From: Paraspadella gotoi | Taxonomy: Eukaryota; Animalia; Chaetognatha | Reading direction: 5' to 3' | Length of the DNA: 64,000 nucleotides | NCBI GenBank assembly: GCA_051294375.1 | Contig: CM119267.1 | Span: 24,749,783-24,813,782, forward strand | Shown: positions 39,682-49,595 of the stretch, one piece after another | Position numbering within the stretch: position 1 is the stretch's first letter | How the letters are laid out: every line of letters begins with the position of its first letter | Position numbers and translations under genes: made by a program | The notes under the pieces: model-generated | What the model was told of the DNA's origin: nothing | Databases searched by the model: none | What the model saw: the letters and a program-made list of their open reading frames with translations, nothing else

Positions 39682-40082
39682 ACGCGGCCGACGGCGGAGA
39701 TTTTCGGGGAGAGCTGGCGGAGGGGGTGGAGACAATGGCGGTTGAAGATCTCTCCTCGACCAAATCATCCAAGACTTCTTTTTCGCCTTTTTGTTTTTTT
39801 TAAATTTTCTTTGTTTAGCATAACACAAAATAGTAACTAACTATATATCAGTTTTAACTGTTCTCATATTTTTTATATCAGAAAAAAATGAGTGTAAAGA
39901 GTGTAACCGTTTTATTCCCGATAAACCGAAACCTAAGATTCGCAACTACAATAAATCGATAACGAAACACGAGAATCGAGGATCGAGATGAAATCGAGGA
40001 TCCGTCATCATCAGGATCAACGAGATCGAAGATCAGCGACGATAATAAATAAAGAGAGAGANNNNNNNNNNGAGAGAGAGAG

Positions 40083-43000
40083 TCACGATGACCCCAATCG
40101 AATGTCGAAAAGATCACAGACTCCTTCGTCAGACTCGAGATGAAACAGATAGTCTCCGCTTTCCGGCGGCGGACGAATTCGCAGCAGCGCCGGATTCCGG
40201 TCCGTCGGTCGCAAAAGCGCCGGATTATGGTGGCGTAGCGCCGGATTGGATTGAGAAGGGTCATCGAGCGTGGTTGAAGTTGACGAGGAGGAGGCGGTGG
40301 CGGTGGAGGCGGTGGCGGTAGAGGGAAGGTCTGGGTCAACGCTGGAGCGGAGAGCTGACAAACGAGGAAATTAAAGGAAGGAAATCTAAATAAATGGAAA
40401 GAATATATGAAAATAAATATCAATATATAAAAATGAAAAAAAAAACTACCCACCGGGATCGCCGGAGAAAAGTCTTGCGTCGCAAACGGAAGAATCGATT
40501 TCGTCCAAATCTTCGTCGTTGATGACAAAAGCTTCGACGCTCCCTCGTTCGGTCTGGAGAAAGAGAAAGGAAAGTGATGTACTAAATAGGAATTAAAGAG
40601 TTTGGGCGCGGGCAAGAAACTCACTTTGACGTAAACTCTATGACGCTGAGAGGACTTTTCGCCGCTGCTGCCTCCAGCGGCGCCGGCTGCAGACGCGTCC
40701 TCCGACGAAGGTTCGAGGTAAGTCAAGCGAGTGCCTTTGGGCGCCGTGAGAGCGAGAGAAGCGCGGGAGGGATCGGGGAATACCGAGCGGATCTGGAAAA
40801 AAGAGCGAAATGGTTCTTTTATAAAAATGAAACATCTATTAGAAATAATATAGGGAAGCCAGGTACTATGGGGTTTAATAAATTGATTGAAAGCTTGCAG
40901 AGTCTTGCTATGTTATTATCTCGAAAAAGGGGTGGAGGCCTAAACCCAGCTTAGTCTGTCCAAAGTCAGTGACAAGATAACTAATTTATCGGATGTAAAC
41001 AATGGTTGTACCAATTTCATGGAGTTGAGAAATCAAATTTGAATCATAATTTTAATCGAACTGTAGCAAAGAACTAAGTCAGGTGATTGGTCCCCTCATC
41101 TATTAACTCACGTCATCCACATTGACGTAAGCGAGTTTCTCGTTCTCTTCATCTTCCACCACATTTTTGAGACTTTGCGAAATTCGATCCAAAAAAAGAT
41201 TTAATTTCTTCTCTTTTTCCGTCAATTCGTCGATTTCTCCGCGAATTCTTTCCAAGCGGGCAACGACATCCGGGGCGTTGCAGCCGGGTCTCGCTCCCTT
41301 CCAGCGAATCGCGTTCTTCGATCGCTTTTCTGTCAAGAAAAAAAGGAAATTAAATTCAGTCATAATAATGAAATTGACATTTTGACATTGTTATTGTGAC
41401 TTGCGACATTGTTATTTTCGGTTGTGACCTTGTTAATGTGACTTGTGACATTGTTATTAATTTCTGACATTGTTATTATGGTTTGGGACATTTGGAATTA
41501 GACTCAAGGGGAAGATACACCCTAAGGTGGATTGCGGCCGTTCTCAAGATTTTCATAGGGTAGGTACCGGGTTGGGATTGAACACGTTGCCTGGTCGTTA
41601 TAAGCTTCAATCAATGAAGTTACTCAATGAGACACCGGGTCACGACTGGCGGCGTGAACCTTTTGTCCGCCAAAAGTATTATCTCCTAGAAATTAACATC
41701 GCAATCCAGTCGCTGTCAATAATTGTCGCCTTGTAAGTCAGCAACTCTTGCGCCTCGCTCTTGTCATCCTCTCCCGGAGCCCAACAACCTTAGTCATACA
41801 ATTCTGACCTAGTCCTGACCCGACTCCAGTCGCAGACTAACGCTCCACTCAATCCCCCCCCCTTGCCCACAACTCGCCGATGAGCCCGATTCCCTCCAGC
41901 ACGTTGGTGATGTCGTAAATCCTCCGCTTCTGTCTGACGTTGAGGCATTCGGCGGCAACTTTGAGGTCGAGGACGCCGTCCGCCGCCTCTTGGAGAAGTT
42001 GGACGAACCGGATCGTCAGGAGGCCGAGAGATTTCTCCTGGGATGGGGGGTAGAAAGGGGGGGGGTGAATTTGAGGAGGGGGTGGAAGGAGGAAGAAGGC
42101 CCAGCGATATTAATGTCTAAGTCTTTTTTTCAATCAATTAATAATCGCTGTGACATATTACTTACTAATTTAAGCTAGCATAATTAAATAATAAATTAGT
42201 AGGCTCGACGATCAGTAGGTTTCTCTGACAAAAGTCTCCGTTTCAAATTTATCCATATTTGAAACAATGCAGCAAAAGGTAAGGCTTTTTCGGCCTTCCT
42301 GGAGATCAATACGCTCTGGAGGCCAATGGCAAACGAAGAGTAAGGTTTTTCTTAAGGAATTAATGGAAAAATAAGAATGAAACGGAACCGAAGACAATAA
42401 CATTTCGGGGAAAAAAAGAATTCAGATAATATAATTTATCAATATTTGTTATTTTTGTTATATATTTGGGTAAAAATTAAGGTTACAATAAATTATGGTT
42501 AAGAATTAATTAAGAATAAATAAGTTAATTAGAAAAATAAGTTAAGGTTAAAAATAAGTTAGTGGTATGTTAGGGTTAGGGATGAGGGATAAGTTTGGGT
42601 TAGGGGTAAGTTAGGGGTAAATTAGAGTTAAATTTAAAATTAAATTTCGGCTCAAGTATACAATAATTGAAAAGATTACAACGATCAATTAATAATTCGG
42701 AGAGAGAGAGAGATATCAAGGTTAAAATTGCCCCTCTCTCTATCTCTCTTTCTCTCAAAGTTAATATCCAAATATTTTTTAAAACTATCAAAACTGGCTG
42801 ATGAAAGTTGAAAAAACAAGAACCAAAACATATCCGAATTATTAAATGCTTGTGGTAATTACAAATAAAAACTATGTTACTTTGTAAATATCTATCAAAG
42901 GCAATGAAATAAAAGAAATAATACAAATACTAATAATTAAAAAACATTTTTTTAATTTAAAGAATTAAAAAGAAATTGGCTTATTTTTACATTCTCCGAC

Positions 43001-44502
43001 CGGGATTTTGCGGTCGGTTATGTATTTTTTTCGCTCCTTATGATAAATGATAAATGATACAACAACGGACCTGAGCTCGCGATTAAGCGGCTTATAGGGT
43101 CTTTCATTAAAGACATACGTTGGACGTAAAAACAAAATTTTAAATTGTACGTATTTCCTTTAAAACATTTGAACTTTTTGACCCCGAACCCGACAAGACA
43201 ATGAAAAGTTACGTGAACGGCCAGAAAAAGTAAAATGTAAAAAACCAAAACAAAACAATATGAGCGACTTATAGAGAAATCTCGCTACTGTGGCGGTATA
43301 TTCATACCGCCTCACGTCCACCATCCTTCAGACAAATCCATTGGCTCAGAGGGGGAACACACCATCCCAGGCGTAGTGTTCCATCCACAGTCCTAATGAC
43401 TTCCCTCTGCGTTGGCAAAGCGAGACCGTCCTAGGGTAACCGTGCCAGTGACTGGAGGCGTCACTGAGGGTCGGAAGCCCCCAAAGCCAACAGTGAGATG
43501 CCCCATCCCAATGGGCATCACAGGCAACCCGGCTGTTGCCATACTACGCAAAAAAAAAAGATATTGGTAAGGGTAGAACAGCTTTTTATTACAAATTCCT
43601 AACCAACCTTACCCTAACCACCCCTAATCTCTAACCAAGCTTTAAAAAAAACACACAATTTAAAAAAAAAATAAAAAACATTTTTTTTCCTTTTTCTTGT
43701 TTGTTTACGTACATAAAGAAACGAACTTTATTTTTTCCTCTTCTTTCTCTACGTTTTTCCATAAGCCTCCAGAGGCAAAGCGTATTCAACTCCGGGATCG
43801 CCGCTTTTTCTTTCTTTCCTTACCTGCTTCTCCGACGACGACGACGCCATCTCTAAATCGGCCAGGATCTCTTCACCCATTCCCGCCGACAGTGCCGCCA
43901 CCGCCGCAGCCGCCGCCGACGAGTCTAACTTGTAACGAATCTGATCGAGAAGAGGAAAAAAAAAACGATTAAATTTTCAGTGATAAATCTATTAAAAGTT
44001 TATTGAAACAATTTGTGTTTCTTAAACTATTAAAGAGCTTGTGGGTAAACCACTTCACAGATCAACTGGCCAATCGTTTTGGCCGAAGATTCTGGCCGTA
44101 GCCTCTCTCTTTCTCTCGCACTCTGCCTAGTTGTACTCCCACCGTACATTTTTTGTGTGTTTCTCTCTGAAGTATTTTTTTTAGCCAGAATGATTGAAGT
44201 TGGACTGAAACATGTAACTTTTGAACGGGCTGTAGACCTGTAGTAATAACTAGTAAGCCTACCGCCGGATCTAAAGTTCCGGAAAGCAATGCTCACTGAC
44301 AGAATCTCCAGTTTACACCGGGCAAGCCTGACATGTCCTAGTAGACAAGTGGAGGACAATGTGCTTTCTCATTTTTTCAAATAAATTTTTGAGGCAATCA
44401 TTTTAGACGCTATCCAGTAAAACTTAAACCTATAGGCTAAATAACTTCGTCGTTAAATCCTTTAAAAAAGAAAGAAAACCCCGTTTTCACCTGCATGTCC
44501 AT
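40083..44502 (-). CDS. E2F4/5: E2F4/5-like transcription factor, 7 coding exons (44502-44491, 43940-43824, 42037-41878, 41329-41112, 40792-40625, 40553-40454, 40354-40083)
   Basis: EKSLGLLT...[35 protein letters not shown]-binding domain, LAYV coiled-coil/marked-box region, and C-terminal pocket-protein motif [17 protein letters not shown]. The first two exons are inferred from splice sites and frame only. Confidence 0.93.
41520..41661 (-). mobile_element. SINE family A, diverged copy in an E2F intron
   Basis: Minus strand reads gacccggtgtctcattgagta...gtgttcaatcccaacccggtacctaccct. Confidence 0.65.
43289..43543 (+). mobile_element. Solo LTR-like element (TG...TA, 255 bp) in an E2F intron
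   Basis: 4-bp target-site duplication CTAC at 43285-43288 and 43544-43547. Near-identical copies at 47343 and 54436. Confidence 0.8.
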
Positions 44503-44661
44503 TTCTTGACTTAAGTTTCCTTCCCGATTTAAAATCGCAGTGAAAAACCAAAGTTTCGATGAATTGATTCACGAAACTCGTTAAATTAAAAAAGAAAAAA
44601 GAAAAAGAAAAGAAAAATCGACGGATTTTCGATTTCAACCTCGATTTTTTTCTGCGTCGAA

Positions 44662-44676
44662 TTCAAATTGGGCGCC
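44662..44676 (-). promoter_or_regulatory. CDE-CHR (DREAM/MuvB-type) element upstream of E2F4/5
   Basis: Minus strand GGCGC-ccaa-TTTGAA with the canonical 4-nt spacer, 160 bp upstream of the inferred ATG. Confidence 0.5.
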
Positions 44677-46209
44677 GAGACATCGCGAGAGATGAGGAGG
44701 AGATCAAGGCTTTTCAATGGGAGGAGGAAGAGAGAGAAAGAAGTCCCTGGTTTTTATATTCGAATAAGAAGCAGAACATTTTCTAGGATTTTGCGGCAAC
44801 GGTATGTAGAGTTATGTGTGTTTCGTTGTAATATCCAATCTTCATCTGTTAGACAAAAAAACCTAATTTTACACGAGCGACCAAAATGTGATCCGACTAT
44901 ATTTGACGAATCCGACCGCCAGATGTCAAAAGAGTCAAAGAGACGTCGCCTTGACGGAAAAAGAGACGACGATGGTCCTCCTTACGATTTTTGGAGAAAA
45001 ATCGTTGGTTTCCGCCAAGACGCTGACCGGAGATTCAAAGACTGAAATCAAATGTTGGTGCTTCTCGAGAAGCCGAATTTTTGTTGTTGTGGCGTCGAGT
45101 CTGGATCCGACTGTTTTGGCGAGGACCTGACCGCGTTGAGGCGATGCTCGATCGGGGCTTCATAGGAGATGTGCAGTAGAGAAGGCGAGAGCGAGATAGA
45201 GGACGTTGAAAAGGAAGGAAGGAAAGATAAGAAGAGCAAAGTTTGAGATTGAAGAAGAAGGGAAGACAGAGGGCGATGTAAGGAGGGGGGGGGAGAGGGA
45301 CGGATTTACGCGAAGTCAAACAAAGGGACAAAGGGACATCGGAAGTATGAAGTTGACGCAACGTCGCAAGTTGATGCCAATGATGGAACTCTTTAAATTT
45401 TAATGGGTTTTGTCTTGAAATAAATTTTTTGTGAAAAATCTTCCTTGCAACTTTATTGACTAACGTTAAAGGGTGTACTAGTCAGCTAATATTTTCGTAC
45501 CTAAACCTTCACAATTATGTACCTGACCGGGCAAAAAAAAGCTTTAAAACGAGAATCTTCGGCATAAACATTGTATTTTAAATCATAATATTCAAAGCTG
45601 ACTCGAGAAAATTGTTTTTTCCAAATATTAACATTAATCTAAAAATAAAACCTTGATTACAATTTACAATAAGGTATAATGGAATGCATTAAGTGACTAG
45701 AAGTAGAGCCAACTGGAACAATATGATCCCTAAAAACTAGTATTTTATCAATAGACGCTTAAAAATCCAAATTATTTATTAGTATTTGATAAAAATCACA
45801 GAGAACATGGTTCCAGCTTGGTTAGTTTTTGTTAAATTTCAATCACAGAACATTCAAATACATATTTTTATTAAAACTACAATCACAGAACATTTTTTGT
45901 CTACTTTATTTTTTGATGAAGAAAATTAAAATCACAGAACGTCTTATACCATGTAGTACTTGCTCATTAACGATCAGGGTTTCATTAATGAAAATACCAC
46001 AACCCTGTTACAACAAGTGTGGATATTATTGCCAGATACAAATTCCACACCCAATAGGCAACCGTCTCCAATATAAAGGAAAAGATTTATCGAAAAAGTG
46101 ACCGATATTATATACCCACGCTAGTGATATGGTAGAAAAACAAGGCAGGTGAGGGAGAGTGGGACCGGAGGAGGAGGAGGGGACATGTGACCCAAAGAGT
46201 AATAAACAG

Positions 46210-48228
46210 TTAACAATCGCAGCCAGTCTTAGGCGGTGATGTTTGACTCAACGCGGTGTCTGTCGGTCCGGGCGATCTCTCTTTATTTTTCGGCAACCTG
46301 AATCAACATGAAACAATTTTATGACATCACTAATATTAACACGGTGTTACAGCCTGATCTGAAGCTCAGGGACTGCTTATATTGAACGATTCTGTCACTA
46401 ACACACAATCATTACTGTCTCTTCAATACGTAACTTAGGCTTAAATTTTATAAAAAAAATTATAAAAATAATCTCCAGCCAAATAAACCTTGAGGCGATA
46501 GCCTGGAATATCTCGCCGACGTTGAGTCCAGTCTTGGCTGAAGTCTCCATGTGAAGGAGGCCGTGATCCTCGGCGTAGGTGGCGGCGAGCTGTTCGGGGA
46601 CGCCGCGGGAGTTGGGATCGCCGGGGACTGAAAATGTGAAAGGCTTTTTACTTTTCGAGGCGGGGGACAGAGAGCCTTAAACGATTGGCACAAACCGGTC
46701 AAGTCTGACTTATTTCCTACGAGGGCGATGATGACGTTGGGTGATCCCATTCGTTGCAATTCGTTCACCCAAGACTTGGCGCGCTCGAACGTTTCCGATT
46801 TCGTCAGGTCGTAAACAATCACAGCCGCCTTCAAGGAAAAGTCATCGCGAAAGGAGAAAATTGATTTCGGCGCATCTCTTCTGCTCAGTTATGTAATATC
46901 TCAGCCGGACTGGGCAATAAACCATATTATTACACCTTTCCTCTGCTTGAACTTATTTTTCCTTAGTGCCTCAGCTCAGCATTTTGATATTACATCACTG
47001 TTTGAGAGTATTGTGGCGGTATATTCACACCGTCTCACGTCCACCATCATTGAGCCAAAACCATTGGCTCAGAGGGGGAACACCAACAGTGAGATTCCCC
47101 ATCCAAATGAGCATCACAGGCAACCCGGCTGTTGCCATAAGTGATGAGCCCTACTATCAAACAAGCAACATTCTCAGGCTATGCTACGACAAACGCCTAT
47201 GCCCTGCCGACTTCGGGTATGCTACGATAAACGCCTATGCCCCCACAACTCGCGATCTTTCTCTCTCTCCCACTATGGTAACAGTCTTGTCAGACACCTT
47301 TAAGTCCTGAGGAACCCGAGTGATGTCTTGGCCCAGGGATCCTGTTGCGGTATATTCACACCGCCTCACGTCCACCATCCTTCAGCCAAATCCATTGGCT
47401 CAGAGGGGGAACACAACATCCCAGGCGTAGGGTTCCATCCACAGTCCTAACGACTTCCCTCTGCGTTGGCAAAGCGAGACCGTCTTAGGGTAACCGCGCC
47501 AGTGGCTGGAGGCGTCACTGAGGGTCGGAAGCCCCCAAAGCCAACAGTGAGATGCTCCATCCCAATGGGCATCACAGGCAACCCGGCTGTTGCCATAGTA
47601 TATACTGTCCTGGACCGGGCCTCCGTACACTCAGCCTGTTAAAAATGCAACAGCACCAGCAAGAGAAGTATTTCTTATGTACTGGGCCTTATTTCAAACT
47701 TTTGACAATACAATAGTGACCTGTCCTGCAACGGGCTTACCTTTCAGCGAATCTTTTTTTAACAGGGCTCACCTCAGCCTTTTGACAATACATCGGCGCT
47801 ATCAAGTGATCTATTTTAAACTGGCTCACCTCAGCCTTTCTATAATACATCGGCGCTAGCGAGTGATATCTCTCTTGCCCGGCAGTGTCCCAGATTTCAA
47901 ATTTGACGGTGACGTCATCGTCGACGACGACGGTTTTTGTTAGATACGCGGCGCCGATAGTCGCCTCTTGATACTCGGGAAATTGATCTGAATTTTAATA
48001 GTTATATTCATCATAAAAAATAATACATTATACTACCGATCAAATTGTATTTTAACCTTTGACGAATCTGAGGACAAGAGATGACTTTCCGACGGCGGAT
48101 TCGCCGAGAAGGACGAGGCGAGACTGGATGACTCGAGGGATAGCGCCGGAACCAGCGAGTGCCGCGCCGCCGTTGGGCACCGTGGCGGGGCGAGACGCCG
48201 GACGCGAGTTCGGCGCCGCAGTGGCCAT
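46210..48228 (-). CDS. RAB5: Rab5-family small GTPase (divergent), 5 exons (48228-48057, 47987-47830, 46828-46696, 46627-46489, 46297-46210)
   Basis: [59 protein letters not shown] and C-terminal CDC prenylation motif. Intron phases are consistent. Confidence 0.9.
46337..46426 (+). mobile_element. 3' fragment of SINE family C in the last Rab5 intron
   Basis: aacacggtgttacagcctgatc...ctcagggactgcttata...tctgtcactaacac matches 55790-55882. Confidence 0.65.
47012..47597 (+). mobile_element. TRIM-like miniature LTR element: LTR 47012-47139 (internally deleted), internal 47140-47342, LTR 47343-47597
   Basis: Two direct copies of the LTR family. TSD GTAT at 47008-47011 and 47598-47601 brackets the whole unit. 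Confidence 0.8.
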
Positions 48229-49595
48229 CAGCGTTGGCCAATTGAGAGAGGAGACGAGTTTTGGTAGAAATAAAGAATGACCAATGAGGTGGAAATGTAA
48301 ATTGATTGTTGCTTCGTTCTTAGTTAAAGTTGCTTCATACCAAATTACGTTCTTTTTATGATTGTTTTTGTTTTTGTTTTGGTTCGCTTTTAACCTAACA
48401 TTTTGGCTTGCTTTGGTTTTTTTTATTTTTAAATTATGCGGCAGATATAAAAAAAAAAAAACCGTAAATGATTACAAAAAATTTTATTTTATTTTTTGCT
48501 TTCAAAGGAGCATAGAAAATTTCTTTAAAATGTTTGAGCGAATGACATTAAAAAACTACATTTGTTTATAAAAAAAGTATTTCGTAAATAGATGGAATAT
48601 TTAAATAACAGTTTTTGTCATTGCTGAAAACATGTGCTAAAAACTAATAAGAATGCTCATCAGTCGATGAGCATTTAATCTCTCCCTGAGCATTTTACCG
48701 CATTTCTCCATCGAATTAGACAGACGCTGAAAACTTTCGATTTCGTTGTCAAGTTATTCACTTTCTTGATGAGTTACAACTTTTTACAATTACAATTTAA
48801 TTTGCAATTGAGAAAATTTATTTTCTAAATCTAAAAAATTGAAATTTTCGAAATATAGTACTATATCAATATTGACTCGGGTTGGTTATTTGTCAGAAAA
48901 TCACAAATAACGAAGGCAAAAATGGATTTTTTATTGTTTGTGTTTATTTTTACTTTAAAACCACTTACGCATTAATAATATTAATCATATTACTAAGAAA
49001 GAGACAAAAATAATTATTGAAAAACGGAGCTAACTTTACGGACATTAAAGGCTGGCACCAAAACGGCGGCTACTTGGCCAAACATTCAAAAAAAAGCTAT
49101 GATACATTCACCCTTTGGTCGTTACATAAACATTTAACAATAATTAGAATAAATTTATATTCGTGACACGTAATACGACAAACAAACCATAGGCAAAAAA
49201 AAAGCGGTCGGCTTTTACAAACGTATAATAAACACGAAATAAAAAAAAGCAATCGCTTCAAAATTTGTTAAACGGCGAAGAAATTGGGGGGGGGGAGGGG
49301 GCGCGGAGATAAGAAGGGATTTAAGGCACTGAATTCGTCTAAATAAATACGCCAACTGCGCGTCCTTTGCAAAACCCGACGCAAATATGATACCTTTCGC
49401 CTTTTTATGTTCAATCCTACAAACATCGGGAGGAACGAAAAGAAAACAAAAGAAAAATCCCATGCGCACAGAAAACAGTCAGTCGGTCATCCTCGCCAAA
49501 AAATGACAAAAAAGGCAAGGGGGCGAAACGCGAGTGACATAAAAATACGAGGAGAGGGCACGAAAGAGGGGTGGGGGCGTGGCCCCTCGAATTTC

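Noticed and set aside
39878-40726. 282-aa ORF taken as a single gene
   Set aside because: It reads through E2F introns and an N gap and changes frame relative to the true exons; the spliced model explains it
47141-47165. Hammerhead ribozyme at TGATGAG in the TRIM internal region
   Set aside because: Lacks the C of CUGAUGA, a paired stem II and GAAA
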